Source of the DNA: Azoarcus sp.
GTDB taxonomy: Bacteria; Pseudomonadota; Gammaproteobacteria; Burkholderiales; Rhodocyclaceae
Length of the DNA: 64,000 bases
Assembly: GCA_031556475.1 (NCBI GenBank)
Contig: JAVBSY010000004.1
Location: forward strand, 380-64,379
Direction of reading: 5' to 3'
Shown piece by piece: positions 26,922 through 38,271 of this stretch (its first letter is position 1; every line of letters starts with the position of its first letter). A program made the position numbers and the translations under genes. The notes beneath the pieces are model-generated. The model was not told where the DNA came from and made no database searches. It was given only the letters and a program-made list of their open reading frames with translations.

Positions 26922-26947
26922 TCGGCCGCGGGGGAGAGGTTCGCGCG

Positions 26948-29164
26948 ATGCACGCCGCTTCAGCCTCTCCATTGCCCTCCGATCCTTTTTCTGCGGGCAG
27001 TCTGCAAGTCAGCGATGCTCAGAGTGGTTTCGAGCGGCTGAAAAACAAGCTTGCCGCTTATATGCGGCCGGAAGACCTCAGCCGCGTCGAGATCGCCTAC
27101 CGTTTTTCGGCCGCTGCCCACGAGGGCCAGCTTCGCATCAGCGGCGAGCCTTACATCACGCACCCGGTCGCGGTGGCCGATATCATCGCCGACTGGAATC
27201 TCGACGCACAGGCGCTGATCGCCGCGCTCCTCCACGATGTGATGGAGGACACCCATATTTCCAAGCAGGAACTTGCCGAACGTTTCGGCAAGGCGGCGGC
27301 GGAACTGGTCGATGGCTTGTCCAAGCTCGACAAGATCGAATTCCGTTCCCACGCCGAGGCGCAGGCGGAGAATTTCCGCAAAATGCTGCTGGCGATGGCG
27401 AGCGATCTGCGGGTCATCCTGGTCAAGCTTGCCGATCGTCTGCACAACATGCGTACGCTCGACTGCGTGCGCCCGGCCAAGCGCCGCCGCATCGCCAGCG
27501 AAACGCTGGAAATCTACGCTCCGATCGCCAACCGCCTTGGTCTCAACAACCTGTACCGGGAGTTGCAGGAGCTCTCCTTCGAGCACAAGTACCCGTTGCG
27601 TTATCGCGTGCTGTCGAAGGCCATCAAGGCTGCACGAGGCAACCGCCGCGAAGTGGTGGGGCGGGTGCTGGCGGCGCTTGAAGAACGCCTGCCGCAATGG
27701 GGCATCCTGGCCGAAGTGCAGGGGCGTGAAAAACACCTGTACGGCATCTACCGCAAGATGGTGGATAAGCACCTCACTTTTTCACAGGTGCTGGATATCT
27801 ACGGTTTCCGCGTCATTGTGCGCGACGTGCAAGGCTGCTATCTGGCCCTGGGTGCCTTGCATTCGATGTACAAGCCCGTGCCGGGCAAGTTCAAGGATTA
27901 TCTGGCGATTCCGAAGGGCAACGGCTATCAGTCGCTGCACACCACGCTGATCGGGCCGTTCGGCACGCCCGTCGAGGTACAGATCCGTACGCGTGAGATG
28001 CACCACATCGCCGAAGCCGGCGTGGCATCGCACTGGCTGTATAAAGAAGACGAAAAGACGCTCACCGAACTCCAGCAAAAGACCCATTCGTGGTTGCAAT
28101 CCTTGCTGGAACTACAATCCACCTCGGGCGAGGCCACGGAGTTTCTCGAACACGTCAAAATCGACCTCTTTCCCAGCGAGGTTTACGTGTTCTCGCCCAA
28201 GGGCAAGATTTTCTCCATGCCCAAAGGTTCGACGCCGGTCGATTTCGCTTACGCCGTGCATACCGATATCGGCAACCGTTGCGTGGCCTGCCGCGTCAAT
28301 GGCGATCTCATGCCGCTGCGCACCGAGTTGCAGAATGGCGATCAGGTCGAGATCATCACTGCCGCTCACGCCAACCCGAACCCGGCTTGGTTGTCCTACG
28401 CACGCACTGGTAAGGCACGGTCGCAGATCCGCCATTTTCTCAAGACCGCGCAGCAGGACGAAGCGGTTGCGTTGGGCGAGCGCCTGCTCAACCAGGCATT
28501 GCGTCCGCACGGTCTGACCCTGGGGCAGTTGTCGGCCTTCGCCTGGGAGCGTTTCCTGCGTGACCGCGGCGTACGTGGCAAGCGCGATATTTTCGCCGAT
28601 ATCGGTTTGGGCAAACGTTTGCCGGTGATCGTCGCGCGGCGCCTGTCACAGGCGCAGGATCAGGAGTCGGGCCGGCCGGACGTGGTCAAGCCCAAGTCCG
28701 CCGGTGCCATCATGATTCGCGGCAGCGAAGGTATCGCGGTTCAACTCGCGCGTTGTTGCCATCCGATTCCGGGCGATCCGATCATCGGCACGATCCGCAA
28801 GGGACAAGGCCTGGAAGTGCATTTGCACGACTGCCCGGTGGTCGTGGCCAAGCTGCGCGGCGATCGTGGGCGCTGGGTCGACGTCGAGTGGGAGCCGGGC
28901 GACGATCGTCTGTTCGACGTTACCGTTCGCGTGCTGACCCAGAATGTTCGCGGTGTGCTTGCCAAGGTTGCCAGTGCGATTTCCGAGGAAGAGTGCAACA
29001 TTCAAAACGTCGGCATGGACAACGAACAGGGCGCCTACACCGGACTTACATTGACGCTGCAAGTGCGCGACCGCATGCATCTTGCGCGGGTCATGCGCGG
29101 TGTGCGTCGCGTGCCCGAAGTCGTGCGCATCGGCCGGGTCAAGGCCGACGGTCGTGCCAGTTGA
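26948..29164 (+). CDS. spoT: Bifunctional (p)ppGpp synthetase/hydrolase
   Basis: HD hydrolase (LLHDVMED), synthetase, TGS (TPVDFAYAVHT) and ACT domains. Confidence 0.96.
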   Translation: MHAASASPLPSDPFSAGSLQVSDAQSGFERLKNKLAAYMRPEDLSRVEIAYRFSAAAHEGQLRISGEPYITHPVAVADIIADWNLDAQALIAALLHDVMEDTHISKQELAERFGKAAAELVDGLSKLDKIEFRSHAEAQAENFRKMLLAMASDLRVILVKLADRLHNMRTLDCVRPAKRRRIASETLEIYAPIANRLGLNNLYRELQELSFEHKYPLRYRVLSKAIKAARGNRREVVGRVLAALEERLPQWGILAEVQGREKHLYGIYRKMVDKHLTFSQVLDIYGFRVIVRDVQGCYLALGALHSMYKPVPGKFKDYLAIPKGNGYQSLHTTLIGPFGTPVEVQIRTREMHHIAEAGVASHWLYKEDEKTLTELQQKTHSWLQSLLELQSTSGEATEFLEHVKIDLFPSEVYVFSPKGKIFSMPKGSTPVDFAYAVHTDIGNRCVACRVNGDLMPLRTELQNGDQVEIITAAHANPNPAWLSYARTGKARSQIRHFLKTAQQDEAVALGERLLNQALRPHGLTLGQLSAFAWERFLRDRGVRGKRDIFADIGLGKRLPVIVARRLSQAQDQESGRPDVVKPKSAGAIMIRGSEGIAVQLARCCHPIPGDPIIGTIRKGQGLEVHLHDCPVVVAKLRGDRGRWVDVEWEPGDDRLFDVTVRVLTQNVRGVLAKVASAISEEECNIQNVGMDNEQGAYTGLTLTLQVRDRMHLARVMRGVRRVPEVVRIGRVKADGRAS

Positions 29165-29238
29165 GTGGCGCATTGCCCGCACCGCTTCGCTCATGCTGCT
29201 AGAATCGCGCGTGTTTCCCGCACGAGGCCTCTATAACC

Positions 29239-29418
29239 ATGGCGATGTACGAATCCGAACACACCCGATTCATGCGCGAATGGCTGCAAAAGCATCCGCA
29301 AGAAATCACCGAGCAGCAAAAAGGCCGCGCCCTGTGGTGGGATAAGCCGCAGGATCTGCAAACGCAGCAGCGCCATCAAGAAGCCAAAGTGCCGGTTAAG
29401 CCCTATTACTACGGGTAA
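29239..29418 (+). CDS. Small DUF3460-like protein (59 aa; not in the ORF track)
   Basis: Manual translation MAMYESEHTRFMREWLQKHPQEITEQQKGRALWWDKPQ...VPVKPYYYG. Confidence 0.75.
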   Translation: MAMYESEHTRFMREWLQKHPQEITEQQKGRALWWDKPQDLQTQQRHQEAKVPVKPYYYG

Positions 29419-29521
29419 TCGCTTCCTCCGAACCGAACCGTCGCGAACAGGCGATGCGCCTGTCGCGGTTTCCGCGCGGTCTGCTTCCTGTAGCCCGCTT
29501 CGGCTGTTTCCGCCTGTTCCA

Positions 29522-30289
29522 ATGACCGATTCCGTTCGCGACGCCCGTCCACTCCAAGCCGACGCTCAGTTACAGCGCTATTTCGCCACCGAAGAAGAAC
29601 GCCGGCAGGTCACGCGCACGTTGTTCGACCGCGCTGCAGCCGGCTATGAGCGTGCCGAGGCGATTACCGCGCTTGGCACCGGTCCGTGGTACCGGCGCTG
29701 GGTGTTGAAACGCAGCGGACTCGCAGCGGGCATGACGGTGCTCGACGTGGCTGCCGGTACCGGGCTGGTGGCGCGCGAGGCCGCGCGCATCGTCGGTTCC
29801 GATGGACGGCTGATTGCACTCGACCCTTCACCGGGCATGCTGGCCGAGCTGCAGAAAAAGCTCGATGTCGAAACCATCGAGGCTTACGCCGAGTCGATCC
29901 CGTTGCCGGATGCGCACGTCGATTTCGTTTCCATGGGTTATGCGCTGCGCCACGTGGCCGATCTCGATCGTACCTTTGGCGAATACCTGCGTGTGTTGCG
30001 ACCCGGCGGCCGGGTTTGCGTGATGGAGATTTCTCGTCCGCACGGTGCGTTGGGCCAGTTCCTGCTGCGCTGTTATTTGCGTACCGTGGTACCTCTGCTG
30101 GCGCGTTTGGCGCGCTGCAGTCCGGATGTGTCGCTGCTGTGGCGTTATTACGGAGATACGATCCAGGCCGCGGTGCAGCCGGAACGGGTGCAGGAGGCGA
30201 TGCGCCGCGCGGGTTTCGAAGAGGTTCGCTGCGTTGTCACCTTCGGTACGTTTCGCGAATACCTTGGGCGCAAACCACGGGCAGATTGA
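29522..30289 (+). CDS. UbiE/MenG-like class I SAM methyltransferase
   Basis: VLDVAAGTG motif I, DPSPGML, GYALRHV, LRPGG. Confidence 0.88.
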   Translation: MTDSVRDARPLQADAQLQRYFATEEERRQVTRTLFDRAAAGYERAEAITALGTGPWYRRWVLKRSGLAAGMTVLDVAAGTGLVAREAARIVGSDGRLIALDPSPGMLAELQKKLDVETIEAYAESIPLPDAHVDFVSMGYALRHVADLDRTFGEYLRVLRPGGRVCVMEISRPHGALGQFLLRCYLRTVVPLLARLARCSPDVSLLWRYYGDTIQAAVQPERVQEAMRRAGFEEVRCVVTFGTFREYLGRKPRAD

Positions 30290-30301
30290 CCATTCATAGT
30301 C

Positions 30302-31720
30302 ATGTTCCTGCCTGAGCGGCTCGCGTTCATCGACGTTGAAAGCACCGGCGCGCATCCGGCGCGTGACCGCCTCACCGAAATTGCCATCGTGCGCGTCGAA
30401 CATGGTTCCGTGGTGGCGCGTTGGGAAAGCCTGATTGCGCCGGGCGTATCGATTCCGCCATTGATTCAGAATCTTGTGGGCATTACCGATGAGATGGTCG
30501 CCGACGCGCCGTCTTTCGCCGACATTGCAGACACGGTGGCGACGCTGCTCGACGATTGCGTTTTTGTGGCTCACAACGCGCGTTTCGACTACGGTTTCAT
30601 CAAGAACGCCTTTGCCCGCATGGGCCGCGATTTTGACGCGCCCGTGTTATGCACGGTGAAGCTGTCGCGGGCGCTGTATCCCGAGCACCACCGTCATGGC
30701 CTCGATGCGCTGATCGAACGTCATGGCCTGACCTGTACCGCGCGCCACCGTGCCATGGGCGATGTCGACGCGGTGCTGCAATTCATCGGTCTCGCCGGGG
30801 ATACCTTCGCGCCTGATGTGCTGACGCGCGCCGTCAAGCGGGCGATGAAGGTGCCGCCGCAGCCGTCCGGTTTGCCGGAAGGCGTGCTCGAAGGCGTGCC
30901 GGATGCGCCCGGGGTTTACCTTTTTTTCGCCACCGACGAACCGCCGCAGAACGACCGCACGGATATACCACTCCATATTGGCAGCAGCGCCAGCCTGCGC
31001 AGCCGCGTCAAGGCGTATTTTTCCACGGCCCACGGCAAGGATGCCGAACTGGCGCGCAAAGTGCGGCGCCTGGATTGGATCGAAACCGCTGGCGAACTGG
31101 GTGCGTTGCTGCTGGAAATGGAATTGGTCAATACCGTGCAACCATCGGGTAAGCGCGTGCCGCATGGCGGTAACGCATTCGCGCTGCGCTTATTGCCCAA
31201 CCGCCGGCGACCACCCATTTTTGAGCGTGTTCCGCTCGCCGGCACCGATCCGCTTGCCTGGGACGAAAACGTGTACGGCGTGTTCCGCAGCGGCGACGAG
31301 GCGAACGCTTTGCTGCGCGAATTGGCCCTCGTTTATCGCTTGTGTCCACGTCGCTTGGGCCTGGAGGGCGGGAGCGGGCCTTGCTCCGCGCATCTGGCCG
31401 GTCGTTGCGCGGGCGTTTGTGCCGGCAGCGAAACACTGGCGCAGCACGATACCCGGCTCCTTGGCGCGCTCGGTGCCGCGCGGCTCAAACCCTGGCCGTG
31501 GCCTGGTGCGGTTGTGGTGAAGGAGCGCAACGAGGCGTCCGGGCGCGAGGCCTTCCATCTTTTCGACCATTGGTGCCATCTTGCCTCGGTGGATCAGGCC
31601 GCCGCTGTCGAAGTCCAGCTACGTCAAAGCCGGCGTATTTTCGATGCCGATCTGTATCGTTTGCTGAGCCGTTGGCTGGCGTCGCCGGCTCATCGCGCGC
31701 TGGTATATAAAATCGAATGA
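30302..31720 (+). CDS. DEDDh 3'-5' exonuclease fused to a Cho/UvrC-like GIY-YIG domain
   Basis: IDVESTG, AHNARFD, HRAMGD; GVYLF...HIGSSASLRSRV. Confidence 0.85.
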   Translation: MFLPERLAFIDVESTGAHPARDRLTEIAIVRVEHGSVVARWESLIAPGVSIPPLIQNLVGITDEMVADAPSFADIADTVATLLDDCVFVAHNARFDYGFIKNAFARMGRDFDAPVLCTVKLSRALYPEHHRHGLDALIERHGLTCTARHRAMGDVDAVLQFIGLAGDTFAPDVLTRAVKRAMKVPPQPSGLPEGVLEGVPDAPGVYLFFATDEPPQNDRTDIPLHIGSSASLRSRVKAYFSTAHGKDAELARKVRRLDWIETAGELGALLLEMELVNTVQPSGKRVPHGGNAFALRLLPNRRRPPIFERVPLAGTDPLAWDENVYGVFRSGDEANALLRELALVYRLCPRRLGLEGGSGPCSAHLAGRCAGVCAGSETLAQHDTRLLGALGAARLKPWPWPGAVVVKERNEASGREAFHLFDHWCHLASVDQAAAVEVQLRQSRRIFDADLYRLLSRWLASPAHRALVYKIE

Positions 31721-31781
31721 TTGGACTATTATTAATTCGTATTGCTATGTCCTGCTCATTTCGCTCAAATCTGGCCTCACC

Positions 31782-31795
31782 TTGATGAGAATCAA
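31782..31795 (+). promoter_or_regulatory. FNR/DNR box upstream of napF
   Basis: Perfect TTGAT-GAGA-ATCAA, about 60 bp upstream of the napF ATG. Confidence 0.85.
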
Positions 31796-31854
31796 TGCCG
31801 GCAATCGGGTTATAGCCCCAATATGACGCAGGGTACTATTTGCGGGGAAAGTTA

Positions 31855-32352
31855 ATGGAATCGGTGTCGTTGCAGCGCCGTGGTTTTTTGTCCGGCCGCG
31901 CTCGTTCGACGACGTTCATCCCGCGACCGCCCTGGGCTGTGCCCGAGGCGTTGTTCATAGAGCGCTGCACGCGCTGTGGCGACTGTATCGACGCCTGTCC
32001 CACCCGCATCCTGACGAAAGTAGGCGGTGGTTATCCCGCGGTGGATTTCACCCGCGGCGAATGTACCTTCTGTGGCGAATGTGCCTCCTGTTGCCAACCT
32101 CACGCATTGTGGCGGGAAGAGGCCGACGCACCGGCTTGGACGCTGGTCGCGCGGATTGGCGAAGCCTGCCTGGCGCCGCGTGGCGTCGAATGCCGGATAT
32201 GCGGCGAAGCCTGTCCCTCCGGCGCCATCCGTTTCCGCCCTCGGCCGGGCGGTGTCGCGCAGCCGTCTTTCGATGCCGCGCGCTGCACCGGTTGCGGCGC
32301 CTGTTTCGCCCCTTGCCCGGTACGGGCGATTGTCCTGGAGGTAGATGCATGA
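31855..32352 (+). CDS. napF: Ferredoxin-type protein NapF
   Basis: RRGFL, RPPWA, four CxxCxxCxxxC clusters. Confidence 0.93.
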   Translation: MESVSLQRRGFLSGRARSTTFIPRPPWAVPEALFIERCTRCGDCIDACPTRILTKVGGGYPAVDFTRGECTFCGECASCCQPHALWREEADAPAWTLVARIGEACLAPRGVECRICGEACPSGAIRFRPRPGGVAQPSFDAARCTGCGACFAPCPVRAIVLEVDA

Positions 32353-32603
32353 AAATCGCCAGTCTGGTGGTGCAAGCCAAGCCTGAGCATTTTGCCGAGC
32401 TGCGCGACACGTTCGGTGTGATTCCCGGTGTCGAAGTACACGGGGAATCGGTCGACACGGGCCGCATGATCGTTTTGATCGAGGACGGTGACGGTTACTC
32501 GGTGATGGATTCGATGTTGGCGGTGAGTTTGACCAAGAATGTGCTTGGCACCACGCTCGCCTATGAATACACAGACGAAGGTCTCGAATTACTGGAGGCA
32601 TGA
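32349..32603 (+). CDS. napD: NapA chaperone NapD
   Basis: [13 protein letters not shown]...GRMIVLIE; lies between napF and napA. Confidence 0.9.
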   Translation: MKIASLVVQAKPEHFAELRDTFGVIPGVEVHGESVDTGRMIVLIEDGDGYSVMDSMLAVSLTKNVLGTTLAYEYTDEGLELLEA

Positions 32604-32604
32604 A

Positions 32605-35151
32605 ATGAGCATGAATCGACGCGAATTCATCAAAGCCAATGCGGTCAGTGCCGCGGCGGCGACCGCCGGCATCGGTATTCCGGTGGTAGTGCAGGCACAG
32701 AATGGGGACGACGGACCCACCAAGGTGCGTTGGGACAAGGCCGCCTGTCGGTTCTGCGGCACCGGCTGTTCGGTGCTCGTGGGCGTACAGGGCGGGCGTG
32801 TCGTCGCCACCCAAGGCGACCCGGATGCGCCGGTGAACCGGGGCCTGAACTGTATCAAGGGCTATTTCCTGTCGAAGATCATGTACGGCAACGACCGTTT
32901 GACCCGTCCGTTGCTGCGGATGAAGAACGGCAAGTACGACAAGAACGGCGAGTTCACCCCGATATCGTGGGATCAGGCCTACGACATCATGGCGGAGAAA
33001 TGGAAAGCCGCGATGAAGAAGGACGGGCCCAACGCCGTTGCCATGTTCGGCTCCGGCCAATGGACGATCTGGGAAGGCTACGCTGCCGTCAAATTGTTCA
33101 AGGCGGGCTTCCGTACCAACAACATCGACCCCAATGCCCGTCACTGCATGGCTTCCGCCGTGGTCGGCTTCATGCGTACCTTCGGTATCGACGAGCCGAT
33201 GGGCTGCTACGACGACATCGAGAACGCGGATGCCTTCGTGCTGTGGGGCTCAAACATGGCCGAGATGCACCCCGTGCTGTGGAGCCGCATCACCGACCGC
33301 CGCCTGTCGCATCCGCAGTGCGAAGTGCAGGTGCTGTCCACCTTCGAACACCGCTGCTACGAATTGGCCGACAGCGGCATGGTGTTCGTGCCGCAGACCG
33401 ATCTGGCGATCCTGAACTACATCTGCAACCACATCATCCAGACCAAACGGGTGAATCAGGACTTCGTCAGCAAGCACGTGAACTTCAAGCGCGGCGAAAC
33501 CGATATCGGATTCGGCCTGCGCCCCAATCACCCGTTGGAAAAAGAGGCTACGTTCAACGGTTACCCCGGCGCCGACGGCAAGCCCAAGGGCAATCCCAAC
33601 GATGCCACGCCGATCACCTTTGATGAATTCGCCAAGTTCGTTTCCGAATACACCCTGGAGAAGACGGCCAAGCTCTCCGGGGTGCCGGCCGAGCAATTGC
33701 AGCGTCTGGCCGAACTGTATGCTGATCCGAACAAGAAGGTCGTCTCCTACTGGACCATGGGGTTCAACCAGCACACGCGTGGCTCCTGGGTGAACAACAT
33801 GATCTACAACGTTCACCTCCTGACCGGAAAGATCAGCGAGCCAGGCAACGGCCCGTTCTCGCTCACCGGCCAGCCGTCGGCGTGTGGCACCGCGCGTGAA
33901 GTGGGTACGTTCGCTCACCGTCTGCCCGCCGACATGGTTGTGACCAATCCGGCGCACCGTGCCGCCAGCGAAGAACTGTGGCAACTGCCCGAAGGTACGC
34001 TGCCGGACAAGATCGGTCTGCACGCCGTGGCGCAAAGCCGTGCGTTGAAGGACGGCAAGCTCAAATGTTATTGGACCAGCACCACCAACAACATGCAGGC
34101 CGGCCCCAACATCAACGACGAGATTTACCCGGGCTGGCGCAATCCGGAAGCCTTCGTGGTCGTCTCCGACGCCTACCCGACGGTATCCGCGCTGTCGGCC
34201 GACCTTATCCTGCCGACGGCGATGTGGACCGAAAAGGAAGGCGCCTACGGTAACGCGGAGCGTCGCACCCAATTCTGGCGCCAGCAGGTGAGCGCGCCGG
34301 GCGAATCCAAGAGCGACCTGTTGCAGTACGTCGAGTTTGCCAAGCGCTTCAAGATCGAGGAAGTGTGGCCGGCCGAGCTGATCGCGAAGAAACCGGAGGT
34401 GAAAGGCAAGACGCTGTACGACGTGCTTTTTGCCAACGGAGCGGTCAACAAGTTCCCACTTTCCGACCTCGAGACGGCCAACGGCCACGCCTGGAAAGGC
34501 TACACGAACGATGAGTCGAAGCTGCTCGGCTTTTATCTGCAAAAGGGGCTGTTCGAGGAATACGCCCGCTTTGGCCGCGGACACGCTCACGATCTGACCG
34601 ACTTCGATGTCTATCACAAGGCCCGTGGCCTGCGTTGGCCGGTTGTCGACGGCAAGGAAACGCTGTGGCGTTTCCGCGAAGGCTACGATCCCTATGTGAA
34701 GGTCGGCGAAGGGGTGAAGTTCTACGGTCACAAGGATGGGCGCGCGGTGATCTTCGCGCTGCCCTACCAGGATCCGCCGGAAATGCCGGACAAGGAATAC
34801 GACATGTGGCTGTGCACGGGCCGTGTGCTGGAACACTGGCATACCGGTTCGATGACGCGCCGGGTGGCCGAACTGCACCGCTCTGTGCCTGAGGCGCAGG
34901 TCTTCATGCATCCGGACGACGCTACTCAGCGCGGCTTGCAGCGCGGTATGGCGGTCAAGGTTATATCGCGGCGTGGCGAAATCGTTGCCCGGATTGAAAC
35001 CCGCGGCCGTAACAAACCACCCAAGGGCTTGATTTTCGTTCCTTTCTTCGATGAAAGCCGGCTCATCAACAAGCTCACGCTGGATGCGACCTGCCCGATT
35101 TCGAAAGAAACCGACTTCAAGAAGTGCGCGGTAAAGGTCGTGAAAGCCTGA
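32605..35151 (+). CDS. napA: Periplasmic nitrate reductase catalytic subunit
   Basis: Tat leader [14 protein letters not shown] [4Fe-4S] motif, [19 protein letters not shown]. Confidence 0.97.
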   Translation: MSMNRREFIKANAVSAAAATAGIGIPVVVQAQNGDDGPTKVRWDKAACRFCGTGCSVLVGVQGGRVVATQGDPDAPVNRGLNCIKGYFLSKIMYGNDRLTRPLLRMKNGKYDKNGEFTPISWDQAYDIMAEKWKAAMKKDGPNAVAMFGSGQWTIWEGYAAVKLFKAGFRTNNIDPNARHCMASAVVGFMRTFGIDEPMGCYDDIENADAFVLWGSNMAEMHPVLWSRITDRRLSHPQCEVQVLSTFEHRCYELADSGMVFVPQTDLAILNYICNHIIQTKRVNQDFVSKHVNFKRGETDIGFGLRPNHPLEKEATFNGYPGADGKPKGNPNDATPITFDEFAKFVSEYTLEKTAKLSGVPAEQLQRLAELYADPNKKVVSYWTMGFNQHTRGSWVNNMIYNVHLLTGKISEPGNGPFSLTGQPSACGTAREVGTFAHRLPADMVVTNPAHRAASEELWQLPEGTLPDKIGLHAVAQSRALKDGKLKCYWTSTTNNMQAGPNINDEIYPGWRNPEAFVVVSDAYPTVSALSADLILPTAMWTEKEGAYGNAERRTQFWRQQVSAPGESKSDLLQYVEFAKRFKIEEVWPAELIAKKPEVKGKTLYDVLFANGAVNKFPLSDLETANGHAWKGYTNDESKLLGFYLQKGLFEEYARFGRGHAHDLTDFDVYHKARGLRWPVVDGKETLWRFREGYDPYVKVGEGVKFYGHKDGRAVIFALPYQDPPEMPDKEYDMWLCTGRVLEHWHTGSMTRRVAELHRSVPEAQVFMHPDDATQRGLQRGMAVKVISRRGEIVARIETRGRNKPPKGLIFVPFFDESRLINKLTLDATCPISKETDFKKCAVKVVKA

Positions 35152-35218
35152 TCGAACAGAGGGAGAAACAAAGCGCAACCGGGCGGCCTAGGCGGCCCGG
35201 CTGGGCGGGCAGTTGGAT

Positions 35219-36088
35219 ATGAGCACAATCAAGCAGAGCGACAACAAGCCAGCCGCGTCGGCATCGCGTCGCCGTTTCTTCAAGGATGCGGCGAGTGCGG
35301 CCGGTTGCGCGGGTTTGTTCGCGTTGGGCGCAGGACTCTACGCCCGGCAGGCGAAAGCCTTGCCGGCTACGGCCTTGCGTCCGCCCGGTGCGTTGGCGGA
35401 GGCGGATTTTCTTGCCGCTTGCGTGCGTTGTGGTTTGTGCGTGCGCGACTGCCCCTATGACACGCTGAAACTGGGTGAGTTTGGTGATTCGGTAGTGGCC
35501 GGTACGCCGTATTTCGAGGCACGCAATATCCCGTGCGAAATGTGCGAGGATATTCCGTGCGTCGTCGCCTGTCCCACCGGCGCGCTCGACCACAGCCTGA
35601 CCGACATCGGTAAGTCGCGCATGGGTTTGGCGGTACTGATCGACGAGGAAACCTGTCTCAACTTCCTCGGTTTGCGCTGTGACGTGTGTTACCGCGTATG
35701 CCCGGTCATCGACAAAGCGATCACGCTGGAAAAGATTCACAACCCGCGTTCCGACCGCCACGCCATGCTGTTGCCGACGGTGCATTCCGAGCACTGTACC
35801 GGTTGCGGAAAGTGCGAAAAATCCTGTGTGCTGCCTGGCGAGGCGGCGATCAAGGTCATTCCGATCAAACTCGCCCAAGGTTCGCGCGCCGATTACTACC
35901 TGCGCGGTTGGGAGGAAAAGAAGGCTGCAGGTGGCTCGCTGATCGGCGATCAAGTGGAATTGCCCGTGCGCGGATTGGAAGGCAAGGCCTATGGCGACAC
36001 ACGCGTGGCGCCGGATGCGGCGCCTCCGGTGGCGCCATCGCCAACGCAGCAGCAGCCCAGCGGTCTTGATTCGGGGTGGAAGCCATGA
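35219..36088 (+). CDS. napG: Ferredoxin-type protein NapG
   Basis: RRRFF leader, [28 protein letters not shown]. Confidence 0.95.
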   Translation: MSTIKQSDNKPAASASRRRFFKDAASAAGCAGLFALGAGLYARQAKALPATALRPPGALAEADFLAACVRCGLCVRDCPYDTLKLGEFGDSVVAGTPYFEARNIPCEMCEDIPCVVACPTGALDHSLTDIGKSRMGLAVLIDEETCLNFLGLRCDVCYRVCPVIDKAITLEKIHNPRSDRHAMLLPTVHSEHCTGCGKCEKSCVLPGEAAIKVIPIKLAQGSRADYYLRGWEEKKAAGGSLIGDQVELPVRGLEGKAYGDTRVAPDAAPPVAPSPTQQQPSGLDSGWKP

Positions 36089-37020
36089 GTACGCCTGTGG
36101 CAACCGATCAAATGGCCGATCAAGCCGGTGGTGACAACGGCGGTAAGCGCACCCCGCGCAGCAACGTCATCGCTTGGCCCGGTGCCGATGCCGTGGCGGA
36201 AAAAGGCTGGTGGCGCGCGCATCGCTGGCTGGTGGCGCGGCGTATCTCGCAATTCGGCATTTTGGTCCTGTTCCTGATCGGCCCGTGGCTGGGGATTTGG
36301 ATCGCCAAAGGCAACCTCAGTTCCAGCTTGATTCTGGGCGTGTTGCCGCTCACCGATCCGTTTTTGCTGCTTCAGTCGATCGCAACGGGGCACTGGCCGT
36401 ACCGCGAGGCGTTGATCGGCGGTGGCATTGTGCTCGCGTTTTATTTGCTACTTGGCGGGCGCTTGTTTTGTGCCTGGGTCTGTCCAATCAATCTCGTCAC
36501 CGACGCCGCTTCCTGGCTGCGCAGGCGCTTGGGGTTGAAGGGCGGACGCGCGCCGGCGAGCAGCACCCGCTACTGGCTGCTTGGCTTCGTCGTCGTGGCC
36601 GCGGCGCTTTCTGGCAGTCTGGCGTGGGAATGGGTCAATCCGGTGTCGATGTTCCATCGCGGGCTGATCTTCGGTTTCGGCTTGTCGTGGGGCATCGTGC
36701 TGGGTGTGTTTCTCTACGATCTGCTGATCGCGCCGCGCGGCTGGTGTGGTCACCTGTGCCCACAAGGCGCTTTTTATGCCCTGCTCGGGCGTAGCGCACT
36801 ACTGCGCGTTTCCGCTCATCGGCGCAACGCGTGCAACGATTGCATGGACTGCTTTGCCATATGCCCTGAACCCCAAGTTATCCGCCCGGCGTTGAAAGCA
36901 GTCGGGCAATCACATCCTTTGATCATCGATGCCGACTGCACGACCTGCGGCCGTTGCATCGATGTGTGCAGTAAAGACGTTTTCCGTATTTCGACCCGAT
37001 TCGACAGGAGCGAGTCATGA
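36085..37020 (+). CDS. napH: Quinol dehydrogenase membrane subunit NapH
   Basis: TM helices, CAWVCP, WCGHLCP, two C-terminal 4Fe-4S motifs. Confidence 0.95.
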   Translation: MSTPVATDQMADQAGGDNGGKRTPRSNVIAWPGADAVAEKGWWRAHRWLVARRISQFGILVLFLIGPWLGIWIAKGNLSSSLILGVLPLTDPFLLLQSIATGHWPYREALIGGGIVLAFYLLLGGRLFCAWVCPINLVTDAASWLRRRLGLKGGRAPASSTRYWLLGFVVVAAALSGSLAWEWVNPVSMFHRGLIFGFGLSWGIVLGVFLYDLLIAPRGWCGHLCPQGAFYALLGRSALLRVSAHRRNACNDCMDCFAICPEPQVIRPALKAVGQSHPLIIDADCTTCGRCIDVCSKDVFRISTRFDRSES

Positions 37021-37457
37021 CCAAGAAAGCCCTCTGTTTTGCCGTTGCATTGCTTACCGCGCTGGGCTCGGCCCCGCTTGCCAGCGCCCAGCAGCCAATC
37101 GGTTTGCGCGGCACCGACGTATCCAGCCCCGAAGCCAGTCCCGGCAGCTACAAGTTGATGCCCGACAGCGCGCCGATTCAGCGCGATTACGTGCAGCAGC
37201 CGCCGCTGATTCCGCACAAGGTGGAAGGTTATGAAATATCGAAGAATTTCAACCGCTGCATGGACTGTCATTCCTGGAGTCGCTACCAGGAAACCAAGGC
37301 GACCAAGGTGAGCCTGACGCACTTCAAGGACCGGGACGGTGGCGAGCTTTCCAACATTTCGCCACGCCGCTACTTCTGCACGCAGTGTCATGTGTCGCAA
37401 ACGGATGCCCCGCCGCTGGTGGCAAATACGTTCCGGCGTGCCGATGGTTTGCGTTAG
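37017..37457 (+). CDS. napB: Diheme cytochrome c NapB
   Basis: QQPPLIPH, CMDCH, SPRRYFCTQCH. Confidence 0.95.
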   Translation: MTKKALCFAVALLTALGSAPLASAQQPIGLRGTDVSSPEASPGSYKLMPDSAPIQRDYVQQPPLIPHKVEGYEISKNFNRCMDCHSWSRYQETKATKVSLTHFKDRDGGELSNISPRRYFCTQCHVSQTDAPPLVANTFRRADGLR

Positions 37458-37479
37458 GATCAACTGAACGGGGAACGTC

Positions 37480-38100
37480 ATGACCGATAACAAGAAGGGC
37501 CTGCGGTCTTTGCCGCAGCGCGCCAGCTGGGCGACATTGATATTGTTTTTCGTCGCCGGCATCGTGGTTTGGGGGGGGTTCAACTGGGCTTTGGAACTCA
37601 CCAATACCGAACAGTTCTGCATCTCGTGCCATGAGATGAAGGACAACGTCTACAAGGAGTACCGCAACACCATCCACTACCAGAACCGTACCGGGGTGCG
37701 CGCGACCTGTCCGGATTGCCACGTGCCGAAGGAATGGGGGCCGAAGATGATCCGCAAGATCAAGGCCTCGAACGAGTTGTGGCACAAGATGCTCGGTTCG
37801 ATCGACACGCCGGAAAAATTCGGCGCCAAACGACTCGAACTCGCGCAGAACGAATGGCGGCGGATGAAGGCCAACGATTCGCGGGAATGCCGCAACTGCC
37901 ATAATTACGAGTACTTCGATTACTCGGTTCAAGGGCGGCGTTCAAATCGCATGCACCAGACCGGTTTCGAGGAAGGCCAGACCTGCATCGACTGCCATAA
38001 AGGCATTGCGCACTCGTTGCCGCCAATCGAGCAGGATATCGGTGCCGAGCATGGCGGCGCTGCACCCGGGGTGTTCCACCCCACGCCGAAAAAGGAATAA
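37480..38100 (+). CDS. napC: Tetraheme cytochrome c NapC
   Basis: TM anchor and four CxxCH motifs. Confidence 0.95.
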   Translation: MTDNKKGLRSLPQRASWATLILFFVAGIVVWGGFNWALELTNTEQFCISCHEMKDNVYKEYRNTIHYQNRTGVRATCPDCHVPKEWGPKMIRKIKASNELWHKMLGSIDTPEKFGAKRLELAQNEWRRMKANDSRECRNCHNYEYFDYSVQGRRSNRMHQTGFEEGQTCIDCHKGIAHSLPPIEQDIGAEHGGAAPGVFHPTPKKE

Positions 38101-38119
38101 GCGGTAGGCTATACAGGGC

Positions 38120-38153
38120 GCGGCGGGCGTGTGAATGCCTGCCGCTTTTTTTT
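38120..38153 (+). terminator. Rho-independent terminator of the nap operon
   Basis: GCGGCGGGC-loop-GCCTGCCGC followed by T8. Confidence 0.8.
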
Positions 38154-38271
38154 GCCGCTGGCGCGGGCCGACGAGTTGTTTCGCTGAATCGCAGGGCCTA
38201 TTCGCTTCTTGCTTTTTCCGCCCCTTGTTTTGGGTTTCGTTTCGGCGCCATCCGTTTACAATCGCGCCGCT

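Noticed and set aside
33250-35178. 642-aa - strand ORF
   Set aside because: Antisense shadow of napA, typical of high-GC codon bias.
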